64,000 nt of DNA from the human T2T-CHM13v2.0 reference genome, Homo sapiens, in assembly GCF_009914755.1 (NCBI RefSeq), contig NC_060938.1, one strand, 5' to 3'. The translations under genes and the position numbers were made by a program. The notes under the pieces were generated by a model. That model did no database searches. It was not told where the DNA came from and was given only the letters and a program-made list of their open reading frames with translations. This document shows positions 1 through 14,861 of this stretch, piece after piece. Each line of letters opens with the position of its first letter. Within the stretch, counting starts at the first letter, position 1.

Positions 1-98
1 CAGGTTTTAATAGGTAGTTCATTTCTCAGCCACTTAAAGACCCTGATTAATTTTACTAGCCTCCTGGTCACTCAGGAATAGATCACCTTTCTTGCTAA

Positions 99-496
<398 letters not shown>

Positions 497-1204
497 AACC
501 TTCACCACTTCTTAGACATATGATGTTACTTAAACTCCCTGTGCCTTAGTTTCCTCATCTATAGGAGGATAATAGAACCTCCTTTAAAACCTCATGGCAG
601 TGAGACACGGCATATAGACTAGGTTCTGGCACACAGGAAGTACTTAGTAAATGTTAACTATGCTTATTTGGGGGAGAAACTTTTTTCTATCTAAATGTTC
701 TCATGTAATTCATTAATTTATGAGCAACTTGTATGTTTATAGCATTGGGCCAGGTTGAAGAGGGGATGATTACAGAGCTGAATACTATTACCTGGTCTCT
801 GCCCACATGGAGCTCTCATCCTGGTGAGAGATAGCCAAGCAAACAACTGCCTATAATTCCAAGCAGAATGAAAGAGATGCTTGAACAGATAAAAAGCAAA
901 GCTCAGGGAGACTCAGCAGGAAGAAAGTTTCATTCTCCGGAGGCATTGGAGAAAATGTCATGAAAAAGAAGCCTGAGTTTTAAAGGACAAATGGGGTTTG
1001 GGTTGCAGAAAAACAGGAAGAATGAGCATTGCAAGGTGAGGGACTGACCTGGGCAAAGCCTTGGAGGTGTGGGCACGTTAGGTATTTGGGGCATCCTCCA
1101 GCCTGGTGTGGCTGGAGAATAGTGTCTTGGGGAAATGAGTCAGGGGAATCAGGGAAAGGGCTGAAAATGCACTTTGGGTCAGTAGTTGTTTGAGCCCCGT
1201 GCTG

Positions 1205-1410
1205 TAGGGCAGTCTTTTTCAAAGTGTGGTCCCTGCACCAGCTACATCAGCATCCCCTGGGAGCTTGCTAGAATATGAAAGCAAATTCCCAGGTCCTGCC
1301 CCAGTCCTACTGAATCAAAAGCTCTGAAGGTGGGTCCTAGTCACTGTGTACAGGGCCCCCAAGCCCTGTCTGATTCCCATTTATACCCAAGTTTAAGGAC
1401 ACTGCTGTTG
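1205..1410. mobile_element. MER5-type hAT MITE
   Basis: tcaaagtgtggtccctgcaccagc...catcagcatcccctgggagcttgctaga...cctactgaatca motifs. Confidence 0.75.
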
Positions 1411-1810
1411 CTAGTGGTGGGCTATGAGACTGACCATTAACACAAACTTTGAAGAATGCGTGATCCCCTGTGTTTATTAGATATGACATTTGGCTGCATT
1501 TAATGGAAATCCAAATGCAGTCACTGAACCAATTATAGGCTTAGTTTCCTTTTGTACCAAGAGTCCTGAGGACAGTCGTCCAGAGCTGGTGCAACAACTC
1601 GAGGAAGTCATCGAAACCCAGGCTCTGTCTAACTCTCTCAGCAGGCGACCTTCATTCTCATGTCTATAGGATGGCTGCTGCACCTCCAGGTTTTGCTACC
1701 ATGCTACAGGCAGAAAGAATGAGGGAACAGCAAAGAGAGAATGGCTCATGCTAGCTGACCCTGTTCCCATTTATACTTGCTGGAAATCCTCCTGGATAGT
1801 AGTCTCCCTG

Positions 1811-2112
1811 GGCTAGGCGCGGTGCTCATGCCTGTAATCCCAGCACTTTGGGAGGCCAAGGCAGGCGGATCACTTCAGGTCAGGAGTTCAAGACCAGCCT
1901 GGCCAACATGGTGAAACCCTGTCTCTACTAAAAATACAAAAATTAGCTGGGGATGGTGGTGTGTGCCTGTAGTCTCAGCTACTCAAGAGGCTGAAGCACA
2001 AGAATTGCCTTAACCGGGGAGGCAGAGATTACAGTGAGCTGAGATTGCACCACTGCACTCTAGCCTGGGTGACAGAGTGATACTCTGTCTCAAAAAAAAA
2101 AAAAAAAAAAAA
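1811..2112 (+). mobile_element. Alu (S-type)
   Basis: Dimeric Alu with A-tail; TSD tctccctgg. Confidence 0.95.
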
Positions 2113-2170
2113 GGAATCTCCCTGGAAGCACCATCCTGTAGCTTATTTCTCCTTAATTAAAACTAGTTCA

Positions 2171-2446
<276 letters not shown>

Positions 2447-2639
2447 TCACATGGTCACTCTAGGTACAGAGAGGTATGAAGGTATTTTTAATGGGATAAA
2501 TTGGAGTCCTAAATAAAATCAGTGTTGTTAGTTGGGAGGAAATGGAGAATAGACACCAGGTGAACAACAATCAGTGTCTGCCAAACCCCATTCCGAGGGT
2601 GCCGCAGGAAGGTACCTCTGGTGGACATGAACACTGGTT

Positions 2640-2880
2640 GGAGGAGGTTTGTAGAGTGGTTAAAAATTAAGCTCCAAAGCCAGACAGTTTGAATTTGAAT
2701 CTGCTGCATGCAGCTATGAAATCCTGAGCAAATTATTTACTCTCTTGGCCTCAGTTTCCTCATCTGTAAAATGCAAATGCCTCATAAGGATTTTGTAAGG
2801 ATTAAACTAGTAGACACATATAAAGCTCATGGAACAGAGTCGGGGTGTGAGCACTCAGTAAATATCTAGCAGTGAGGTGA
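2640..2880 (+). mobile_element. MIR
   Basis: MIR core cctcagtttcctcatctgtaaaatg and 3' motif cactcagtaaat. Confidence 0.85.
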
Positions 2881-2916
2881 TACTATGGGAGGCTGTTGAA
2901 TAAATCATTCAAGAAA

Positions 2917-2973
2917 TGAGCCGAAATCATGCTACTGCACTCCAGCCTGGGCGAAAGAGTGAAACTCCGTCTC

Positions 2974-3002
<29 letters not shown>
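2917..3002 (+). mobile_element. Alu 3' fragment with long poly-A
   Basis: tgagccga...actgcactccagcctggg...ctccgtctc followed by ~29 A. Confidence 0.9.
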
Positions 3003-3006
<4 letters not shown>

Positions 3007-3307
3007 TTCCAATTCCATGTTTCTTCCTTGGTTGCACAGCACTTCCCAATGTCCAGTGCCTTAATTCTAAGCCTTCAAAACAAGAAGAATTTCAGGGGCA
3101 AAGTGACAACTTTGAACTCTTGAGCCCATGGGAGCCCATTCTGGGGCACCTATCACTCAGGGGGACTGAGCTGGGGTCAGGTCTAGAGTTCTCTGAGCTT
3201 CTAAACCAGGGCTTCTCAACCTTGGCTACAGTCTAGAATCAGCCAAGAAATTTTAAAAAACATCCCAATGCCTGAGTCATATCCCAAACCCACTAAAGTA
3301 GATTCTT

Positions 3308-4872
3308 CCAGCCTGGGCAACACAGGGAGACGCCATCTCTACAGACGATTTTTTTTTTTTTAATTAGCCAGGAGTGATGGCGCATGCCTGTGGTTCTGTG
3401 TCCGGAATTGGTGGGTTCTTGGTCTCACTGACTTCAAGAATGAAGACGCGGACCCTCGCGGCGAGTGTTACAGTTCTTAAGGTGGCGCGTCTGGAGTTTG
3501 TCCCTTCTGATGTTCACTTGTGTTCCGAGTTTCTTCCTCTGGTGGGTTCGTGGTCTCGCTGGCTCAGGAGTGAAGCTACAGACCTTGGCGGTGAGCGTTA
3601 CAAGCTCATAAAAGCAGCGTGGACCCAAAGACTGAGCAGCAGCAAGATCTATTGCAAAGAGCAAAAGAACAAAGCTTCCACAGCGTGGAACGGTACCAGA
3701 GCATGTTGCCACTGCTAGCTCGGGCAGCCTGCTTTTATTCTCTTATCTGGCCACACCCACATCCTGCTGATTGGTAGAGCCAAGTGGTCTGTTTTGACAG
3801 GGTGCTGATTGGTGCGTTTACAATCCCTGAGCTAGATATAAAGGTTCTCCACGTCCCCATCAGATTAGTTAGATAGAGAGTATCTACACAAAGGTTCTCC
3901 AAGGCCCCATCAGAGCAGCTAAATACAGAGTGTCGATTGGTGCACTCACAAACCTTGAGCTAGACACAGGGTGTTGATTGGTGTGTTTACAAACCTTGAG
4001 CTAGATACAGAGTACCGATTGGTGTATTTACAATCCCTGAGCTAGACATAAAGGTTCTCCAAGGCCCCCCCAGACTCAGGAGCCCAAGTGGCTTCACCCA
4101 GTGGATCCCGCACCGGGGCTGCAGGTGGAGCTGCCTGCCAGTCCCGGTGCCCTACACCCACACTCCCCAGCCCCTGGGCGGTCGATGGGACTGGGCGCCA
4201 TGGAGCAGGGGGCGGCGCTCGTCGGGGAGGCTCGGGCTGCACAGGAACCCACGGAGGCGGGGGAAGGCTCAGGCATGGCAGGCTTCAGTCCCGAGGGCTG
4301 CCCCGCGGGAAGGCAGCTAAGGCCCGGCGAGAAATCGAGCACAGCGCAGGTGGGCCGGTACTGCTGGGGGACCCAGTACACCCTCCGCAGCCGCTGGCCC
4401 GGATGCTAAGTCCCTCATTGCCCGGGGCCAGCAGGGCTGGCCGGCTGCTCCGAGTGCGGGGCCCGCCAAGCCCACGCCCACCCGGAACTCCAGCTGGCCC
4501 ACAAGCGCCGCATGCAGCCCCGGTTCCCGCTCGCGCCTCTCCCTCCACACCTCCCAGCAAGCTGAGGGAGTGGGCTCCAGCCTTGGCCAGCCCAGAAAGG
4601 GGCTCCCACAGTGCAGTGGTGGGCTGAAGGGCTCCTCAAATGCTGCCAAAGTGAGAGCCCAGGCAGAGGAGGTGCCGAAAGCAAGCGAGGGCTCTGAGGA
4701 CTGCCAGCACGCTGTCACCTCTCAGTTCCAGCTATTTAGGAGGCTAAGGTGGGAGGATCTACAGAACAGGAGCCTGAGAGGTCGAGGCTACAATGAGGCA
4801 TGATCCTACCACTGCACTCCAGCCTGGGTGACAGAGCGAGACCCTGTCTAAATAATAATAACAATAATAATG
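3308..4872 (+). mobile_element. AluJ-like element split by an LTR12 insertion
   Basis: Alu sequence stops at cctgtggttc (3396) and resumes at gttccagcta (4725). Confidence 0.85.
3397..4724 (-). mobile_element. Solo LTR12 (ERV9 LTR, LTR12C/D-like)
   Basis: TG...CA termini; minus strand starts TGAGAGGTGACAGCGTGCTGGCAG; CpG-rich U3, tandem gattggtg (CCAAT) units and AATAAAAG box; 4-bp TSD gttc at 3393-3396 and 4725-4728. Confidence 0.95.
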
Positions 4873-4879
4873 TCAATTT

Positions 4880-5160
4880 TTGGGGGTAAGACCTGGGCAT
4901 TGGTAGTTCTTAAAGCTTCCCAGGTGACGCCAATGTGCAGCCACAGTTGAAAACTACTAACTTAAACCAGCGGTAATCAAGCTTTGGCATGTATCAGAGT
5001 CACTTGGAGGGCTGGTTAAACCTGAAATTGCTGGCCTACTCAAGTTTCTAATTCAATAGGTCTGGGATAGTTTTACCCACTTCTACAGGGTCAGAGGATT
5101 GCATATCTAATGAGGTACCAGGTGCTGCTGCCGCTATGGGACCACACTTTGAGAACTTCT
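4880..5160. mobile_element. MER5-type fragments
   Basis: cccaggtga...aatgtgcagcca...gttgaaaactact and ttgcatatcta...gggaccacactttgagaac motifs. Confidence 0.7.
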
Positions 5161-6265
5161 GCTCCTGACAGTTTCACCCAGGTCTCACTCAATCTGGGTG
5201 CTCATGGCACCCAGATATGATGTCTCTTCCTAGTCCGTATCCCCTCCCTTGTTGGAGGCCTCTCTAGAGCTCTATAGAGATTCTGTAGATACAGGAAGCA
5301 AGGACTTTAATAAAATAGGAGACACTAGGAAACTTGGCCCCAGATAACAGGGTTGATTATGCAATGAAAGGGCAGGGGGCAACATAGTTAATTAACTGGA
5401 ATGTCTGTGTCACTTATTTAATATATCCTGTCAGTAGTAAGAGGTGATTTTCATCCTGTGACCGGCGGCACTGGTCTTGTAAATGGAGCAGCCAAGGGAT
5501 ACTGGCCACTTTGGGAAAATCTGCTTTCAATCAGACCGGGCATTTAATGACTGGGATTGTGGCCAAGCTGCTTGCTGTCTCTGAGTCTCAGTTTCCCACT
5601 CTAAAAAAAAATGAAGGTTAGAATAAGACTTGCTTTGTGGTATACTTGAGAGCATTACATTAGCATTTGAAAGTGCCTATGCAATAAACGGCAGCTATTC
5701 TCATTACTACGTTATTCTCCTTGGCACTGCTGCTGTCGGTGCCCCTTATGTAAAGATTCTCAGCACCAAAGTGTGCTTTCAGTTTAGTGCTGGGGAGATC
5801 ATCTCTCATCCGACAGGTCACAGGCGGGGATGCTTTTTATTGGTTGATGGCAGCTACTGTATTTACCAGGGAAGCTCAGGGCTAAATCCTGTGAAGTTTT
5901 GACAATCACCTTCAGCTTAAGCTTTCTGGCATAATTCCCGCTCCCCTTGATCATGCAGCAGACGCTCCTTTCTTTACTTACTCCATCTCATTCATGCCAC
6001 CAGCTAATCTTTTCTCCCACTGGCTTCTATGATTCCAGAAAGAAATCTGACTCTTTGCTGTGCCTGACTGGATGCCTACTCAGTCATGTTTGAAGGATGG
6101 ATGTAGTCATCTAAGTGAATACGTGATCTAAAGTATTTTTTTGTCAAGGAGTGATTTAAAAATAATAAATTATTAAATATATGGGAAACATATAAAGGCT
6201 CTGGGTTCCACTGACCTCATTCATGAAGTGGAATCAATGCTACTACTTGGTGGAAAAAAAAGAAC

Positions 6266-6778
6266 CTCCCTTCCCTTCCCTTCCCTCCCCTCCCCTCCCT
6301 TCCCCTCCCCTCCCTTCCTTTCCCTTCCCTTCTCTCCCCTCCCCTCCCCTCCCTTCCCTTTTCCTTCCCTTCTCTCCCCTCCCCTCCCCTCCCTTCCCTT
6401 TTCCTTCCCTTCTCTCCCCTCCCCTCCCCTCCCTTCCCTTTTCCTTCCCTTCCCTTTCTTTCCATTCCCTTTTCCTTCCCTGCCATTCCCTCCACTTTCC
6501 TCCCCTCCCCTCCCTCCCCCTTTCCTTCCCTTTCCTTCCCTCCCCTACCCTTTGCCTTCCCTCCCTTCCCCTCCCCTCCCCTTTGCCTTCCCTCCCTTCC
6601 CCTCCCCCTCCCTTCCCTTCCCTTTGCCTCCCCTCCCCTCCCCTTCCCTTTTCCCTCCCCTTCCCTTTTCCCTTCCTTTCCTTTCCTTCCCTTTCCCCTT
6701 CCCTTCACTTCCCTTTCCCCTTTCCTTTCCTTTCTTTTTTCCTTTCCTTTCTTTATTTTTTCCTTTCCTCTTCTTTCC
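6266..6778 (+). repeat. Polypyrimidine (CCCTT/CCCCT)n tract with higher-order units
   Basis: About 510 bp almost entirely C/T; a 40-bp unit is repeated about 3 times from 6323. Confidence 0.97.
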
Positions 6779-7197
6779 TAACCTCTATAAGCCTGGATGT
6801 CCTCAGGTATAAACTGATATTGATGCTGTTTCCATTGCAGGTGCTTGTGAGACTGCCAGATATGGCATCTGTGTGCCCCACAGGGCACAGTGCCATTCCT
6901 TTTGGATGTTCAGTTGACTCTTGGTTCTTTCTCTTGCCTTCACCTTGCCTTATGAGGATTTAGATCCAACAACGCTATGGCTTTTGCAGAGCCAGGACTG
7001 AGAGGATCAAGACACCCCATCCATGACATTTAAGGAGGTCCTCACTCTCAGGATTGTGCAAGTGCATGGCCAGCCTCTGACAGGAAGTGCATCCTTAAGT
7101 TTTGCACCCTAAATATTTTGCTTGCAGTGCCCTAGTTCCCACCCTGGACTTCTGGGTGACTTTTTATGTATCTATACCCCCCACACTATTTAAATGG

Positions 7198-7602
7198 TGT
7201 CTCAGTCTGTTTTGTTAGTGGTGCCATAACAAAGTACCCGAGACTGGGTCATTTATAAAGAACAGAATTTTATTTCTCACAGTTCTGGAGAATGGGAAGT
7301 CCAACATCATGGCACCAGCAGGTAGACTAGTGAGAGTCTGGTCTCTGCTTCTAAGATGGTGCCTTGAATGCTGCATCCTCCAGAATGGAGGAACACTGTC
7401 CTCACACCGTGAAAGATAGAAGGGCAAGAAAAGGCTAACTCCCTCTGTCAAGCCCTTTCATAAGGTCACCCAATCTCATCCATGAGGGCAGAGCCTTCAT
7501 GACTCAATCACTTCCCAAAGGCCACACTTTCCAATACAGTTGCACTGGGGATCAAGTTTCAACATGAATTTTGGAGAGGGCAAAAACATTCAAACCATAG
7601 CA
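7198..7602 (-). mobile_element. MST-type MaLR solo LTR
   Basis: tgtctcagtctgtt...gactgggtcatttataaagaacagaattt...ttcaacatgaattttggagagggc...attcaaaccatagca. Confidence 0.88.
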
Positions 7603-7680
7603 AATGGCAATCATGAAACTGGCTTAGAATCCACTTTGGGGTTCTCAAACCTGCGGGAATCTAATTTTCAAATCCAATCA

Positions 7681-8018
<338 letters not shown>

Positions 8019-9419
8019 CTAGTATGCAAATACCCATGGGTGGGGCTGGATCTCTGTCCCGCAGATGCTGAAGGAAACAAGCCACACCTGTGCGTCCCAT
8101 CTCAACAGAACTGGGCACCTGTCAAAATCCATCCGCTACTTAGCTTGTCAAGTTTTGACCTTCTCTGACCTCTATGAGGTAGGAAGAACAGTTAAGGTTC
8201 TCCCAGTTTAAGCAATTACAAAATGGAAAAATAAGTGATTTTCCTAAGGTCACCAAGTAAATTAGGTTTGAAGCCCAGGATAGACCAGTATTTCTCAAAG
8301 CATGGTCAGAGACACCTGGGGGTATGTGTCCAACTCCAGGTTTCCGGGCGTGGGCCATATCCTAGAACTCCCAAATCGGAGTTCCTGAAGGTAGGGCTGG
8401 AACTGGCATCTTATCAGGCTCCTGGGGCTTCTAGGGCACAGTGAAGTCTGCACAAGTCTGAGCTGCTGACACTTTCTGAATCTTGGTCCCATGTCCCCAT
8501 CATGCCACATCTCTGAGTGTGCAGGAGGGACTGATGCTTTAGCCAAAGCATGACACACGTGCGATAGAAGATCTCAAGACAATTTCAGTTGGTATAAAGT
8601 TAAGTTCACTGGTATAGTAACTCAGCATTTATTTCCATAGGTATGGGGGAAAATGTAACTATCTGTTTAAGCACATGAGTTCATGAATTTTTGCATAGAA
8701 CAAAGTTAAGTTTTTGAGAGCTGAGCTAATTTAAAGTTGATTTTAAGAAAATACGGTACCAAAATGTGGCAATAATTGTGCAAGTGATACAATAACGACT
8801 GAAGTTTGAGTGATTCTATGTCAGCAGCAGAAGCTGGGCTGGAAGGCAGGGCCTCTTCTAAAGGAGTTTTTAGAGCCCTGCAGAGACTGTCTACCTTTGT
8901 CCTTCAAACATTGTCAGCAGCCAGTACTTCTCATGATAAGTATTTATTATGACCATTGTTGTCATGCCAGGAGCCAGGGGGAGTGGAAATCTTTCCTCTG
9001 GGGAGAATGGGATGCCCTTTCTAACAGGTTAGGAGAACCCCAGACTCAAACTGTGTCCAAGCCTACAGACCAAGAAGCAGGCTGGGGACAAATGTCTCTC
9101 AAGTTTGAGAGGGGAGAGCTGTACACCCTTCTCACATCTTTCCCAGGTGCTCCAGGTGCCACCACTGCCCAAGGCAGTTCCTCACTCCGCTTCCCAAAGC
9201 ACCACTGCGAATGGCCAGGTTGGCCAGGGGCTGAAGCAAAGAGAGGAGGGGCATTGTGCAAAGGAGAGATGACAAAGACAGAAAAAGAGAAGACAGCCAG
9301 AGAATGGAAGGCTGGGGGAGGGGAAGGACTGAAGGAGAAAGAAGAAAGTAAAGTGGGGGAAAAAAAGCATTTGTAAAATTAAAAGGCAGGGCCCCATCAG
9401 ATGGGGTTGGGCAAGGAAT

Positions 9420-9640
9420 GCATGTTACAGGCAGGAGTAATTGGTAATCGGAGCCGATGTGAAGAAGGGATGATTTATGGGAGCGTGCAGACAGGGGCGG
9501 AATAATTTTTGGAGCAGAACGGGGAACTTACTGAACGCCTGAAACTCAGCTACTTATCCACTCGTTCTTGTGATGAATTAGCTCTTGTTTAAAGTAACCG
9601 CGGCTCCATTTTTCATACTGATTACTACACTTGATATCTT
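9420..9640. promoter_or_regulatory. Candidate enhancer island with PBX-HOX site
   Basis: Repeat-free; TAATTG, TAATC and TGATTTATGG (9471-9480); retained CpGs. Confidence 0.4.
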
Positions 9641-10130
9641 TCTCTCTGTTTCCCTCTGACCACTGCCCCCTTACCAGGTTCTGGGTGCAGAGGCACTGGG
9701 TTTGTAGAAATTCGTCACCCCTCCTCCTTACTTCCCCCTCTCCCCCACCCTGCCCCACCCCCGTAGCAGCATTAACTCTAAATAGCCAAGTCTAAAACCC
9801 AGCCACTTGAAATATTGCACAGATTAGGAATGTGCAGAATTATTGAAGACTTTAGATGCAACATGGCCTGCTTATGCATCCCAAATGATTACAATTCCTT
9901 TGCCGATCTGATGTGGGAAGTGTCTTTCCAGGGCTGTCTACCACTGTGAAGTAGAGAACACACACCCCTTCCTAGCTGGGTGCAGCATTCCTTCCAAAGG
10001 TGGAAAGACCTCTGAGGATGCTGGCAAGCCCCGATGAGAGGGAAATTCAAGGTAAACATGTTCTTTCTATACCATATAGCGCTCCTTACCAACATTTTTT
10101 AAATATTAGTTTTAAATTTATAATATAAAT

Positions 10131-10563
10131 GGCCGGGCATGATGGCTAGCACTTTGAAAGGCCAAGGCAGGAAGAGCACGTGAAGCCAGGAGTTCAAGAC
10201 CAGCCTGGGCAACATAGAGAAACCCCATATGTAGAGACCCCATCTCTATAAAAAATAAAAATAAATAAACAAATGTATAGGCCGGGTGCGGTGGCTCACA
10301 CCTGTAATCCCAGCACTTTGGGAGGCCAAGGCTGGCAGATCACGAGGTCAGGAGATCGAGACCATCCTGGTTAACAGGGTGAAACCCCATCTCTACTAAA
10401 AAAATACAAAAAAATTAGCTGCTCGCAGTGGTAGGCGCCTGTAGTCCCAGCTACTTGGGAGGCTGAGGCAGGAGAATGGCGTGAACCCAGGACGCGGAGC
10501 TTGCAGTGAGCCACTATACTCCAGCCCAGCCGACAGAGCGAGACTCCATCTCAAAAAAAAAAA
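10131..10563 (+). mobile_element. Alu left monomer (FLAM-like) followed by AluY
   Basis: AluY diagnostics gagatcgagaccatcctgg and gagaatggcgtgaaccc...gcggagcttgcagtgagcc in 10280-10563. Confidence 0.9.
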
Positions 10564-10803
10564 TTTATAATGTGCAGAAAGGGAGCAATACTAAGCATAG
10601 GTGTAGGTATACAAATATTACATCCTTTTATTATTTCTACCTTTTATTATGTATTTTTGTTGTTTTGTTATTTACATTTTTGTTATTGTTATTTTGTTAT
10701 TATGTATTTTATTAAAAATACAACCTCAAACATTCCAGCTCCCACGCGGGTCTCAACACAAATTTCCCTTAAGAAGAAGGCTGATGAAAAAGTGATTAAA
10801 ACA

Positions 10804-11079
<276 letters not shown>

Positions 11080-11996
11080 TTATTAAAACAATTTAAATAT
11101 TCACAGAAGTTACTTGTGACTATCACAAAGGAAAAATATTTATTAAATGCTTGGAAAAAACTTCTAAGATACTCTTGACCTCTGTTTCCTTCCCCCACCA
11201 TCAACTCTGAACCAAGAAACCACCCCAGGGCAGGCCGCTGGCTCTCAGTCAGGTTGCTGCAGACACTCGGGCAGGTTGTGCAAGGCAGTGGCCCCAGGTC
11301 CTCATGTCTTGTTAGTGCCCCCGTCCCTCCAGCTTGGCTGCCTCTATTTTTTTCTGCTGTCGGTCATAAGGACACTCATCTCACCCCTGGGCCTCACGAT
11401 GCCCCCTCGATTTCTGTTTGCTTGCTGCCAGCACCTGCCTAGGTCTCTTGCATTCCTTGGGTGGCTCTGTCTCAGGCCCTGGGGTCTTTCCTGCCTCCGC
11501 AGATGCCTGGTTCTTCAGCTTCTTTTCAAAGTTTTCTAAACACCAAGGCCCCCTAGTTGTGGTCTTCGTTGCTTTTCTGGATCCTGACCCACCATGACCC
11601 TCAGGAACCTGCATGTGCCCCATCTCCAGCTGCTCTGCTGGCTCCGGACCCCTGCTCCTATCTTTAAAACCAGCCCCCCTGAGCTCCCTGGGGCTCAAGC
11701 CTATGCCTATGTGTTTGGCATCGTTTCGCTCACATCCAGATCCCGGCTCTTCTGGCCCTGGGTTCCCTTTCTCCCTGCCTTTATGATCTCCCTCGGCCTT
11801 GGAGGGACAGGAGGGAGGAAAGGAGAGCTGTGTTTCTAGTTCACAGAGAAAAGCTTTAGATTTGGAATTAGGACACTTAGAACCCAGTTGCAGCTTTGCC
11901 ACTGATTCTAGGTGACAGGTTTCCCTCTTTGGACCTCAGTTTCCTCCTACAGAAAATGAAGAGATAGAGTGGCTGGTCACTAAGATCCTTTCCAGT

Positions 11997-12794
<798 letters not shown>

Positions 12795-12914
12795 CTATCG
12801 TCATCATCATCATCGTCATCATTATTGTGTACCACTCTGTCATTGAGCTAATCCTAGAAGGTCTTTCCCGGTTGGCCTTTCATTTTGTTTTATATATTAA
12901 ACTTTTTTTAAAAA

Positions 12915-13026
12915 TGTATGTATGTATGTACGTATGTATTTATTTATTGAGATGGAGTCTTGCTCTGTTGCCCAGGCAGGGGTGCAATGGTGCGATCTCG
13001 GCTCACTGCAACTTCTGCTTCCTGGG
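12915..13026 (-). mobile_element. 5'-truncated Alu
   Basis: Right-arm fragment; TSD tatatatt(a/g)aacttttt. Confidence 0.88.
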
Positions 13027-14827
13027 TATATATTGAACTTTTTAAAGTAGGGTCTTGGTCTTTAATCTGCCTCATCACACTTGCTGAACAAGGCCCACTC
13101 TCAGCAGTGGACAGCGATGGCTGGAGAAGGGAACAGCCCACACAGAGTCTGGGAATTACTGTTTTAGACTCATGCTTCTTTTAACAAGAAAACACTCCAT
13201 CAAGAAGGAGCTGAGTCAGCCCGACAGCTGAATCCACAACATAGCCAATCAGGGGCCGGCACTCTCAGAGATGCCCAAGTCCCATGCCCATCATCAAGGT
13301 CCAGACGTCCTTGCTGGGCGTTGGGAAGCAGGGTTGGGGACAGGGTGGGGCAGGGCTGGTCCTGGTTGGCAGAGATGCAGTCGGGAGACTAGAAAGACAG
13401 CAGCCAAGGCTGAAGCCAGAATTGAGAGGCAGTAGGCCCCACCCAAGTTCGGGAGGGCCCCTAGAGGGGTGCAGACTAGAGACATGGCCAGCCAGATTTA
13501 TGTAGCATGACTGCATGACACCTGAGCCCAACCCTTCCCAGGATTCCTCCAGCACCTGCCTGCCCTCCACTCTGGGCCACCTCCCACATAGAGTAGGAAG
13601 CTGGGTCCGGGGTTGGGGTATGCTCTGGGGTGACCTTCCCCTCCACCTCCTGCTGGTTGGCAGGTTCTGCAGATGTCTGGTCATTAAGCAAAAATGCCAG
13701 AAAAGAGAACAGTCACTCTGGCTCTGCCAGCAACAATGGGGAACTTCATTGCCTAGCTTACATCCAGTGACAATGGACACTTCTTTCCTTTTTGCTGGGT
13801 TGTCTCTTTACCTGGCTGGAGCTTGGAGATGGACAGTTCCCCCAAGCTAAGCCAACAGCCTTTCTTTCCTAGAAAGAAGGCCCTAATCATACCTCCAGCC
13901 TCCGTGAGGCTCAGCAAGCATACACCTGTCCACCTGCGGCTCAACACTGCCTAATTCCAACATCCATCCATTCATTCCAAAAATATTAGTTGACACCCAC
14001 TATGTGCCAAATACTCCATGGGAGTGGGAGATGACTCAGATCCGGGGCTGGACCTACCATGAGTGAACCTACCCCCGGGGACAAAAATCATACAGAGCAC
14101 TTGATTCTCTTTTGGGGACAGGAGGCCCATTCCATTAGACTGTGCCCAGGTGGGGAACAGGAACCAGATCTGTTACGTTCATTATTCTCTACTCAGCCCT
14201 TAGCACCATGCCTAGAAGATAGAAGGCAGTCTGTAATATTTCTGGAAGGAATGCTTCTTCCAAAAGGGATTGTGGATGGATGACCCCTGAGTAGCCCACG
14301 CCAAGCAGCCAATCCTGACAGCTGCTACTACTCCATGGCATTCCATCTGTGCACACGTGTCAATCCAGTCTCCCACTCCACCCAGGAGCCTCCACAGGGA
14401 TGCCCAGCCAATCCTGAGGAAACACTTTATAACAGCGACCCCTAGAGGCTGACATTATCATCACACCCCATCACATGAAGAGGAAATGGAGACAGTTTCA
14501 GCGAGTAGCCAATGAGCACACCCAGGTTCCAAAGGCTGCCTCTTTCCCTTACACCATCAGTACAGAGGACACTGTCACGGAGTTTGGGGTGATTGTGTGC
14601 AGGCTGGAGAAGGAGAAGGAAGGGCAGAAGGAGCAGACATTACCAGTGTTGGGCTCTGCAGCAGGAGGCCGTGCTTCTAGTGCAGACTAAGGATCCGGAT
14701 GCACCTTTGCTGGGTGTGTTGCTGGTATGCGCGGTTAAGCCCTCCAAGCCCCCTAACCCCTACCCTTTTATGGAACAAATATTCAGCAATTCTTTTTTTA
14801 TCAACTCGAATGACATTTTTTATAAAT

Positions 14828-14829
<2 letters not shown>

Positions 14830-14861
<32 letters not shown>

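Noticed and set aside
4042-4803. CpG-island-like region with overlapping ORFs
   Set aside because: It is the GC-rich U3 of LTR12, not a gene promoter or CDS.
6825-6845. Splice-acceptor-like tttccattgcag|gt downstream of the pyrimidine tract
   Set aside because: No convincing paired donor or transcript evidence; such motifs are frequent.
6217-6963. ORFs of 163-246 aa rich in Pro/Ser/Phe or Gly/Arg/Glu
   Set aside because: Translations of the C/T simple repeat, which lacks stop codons.
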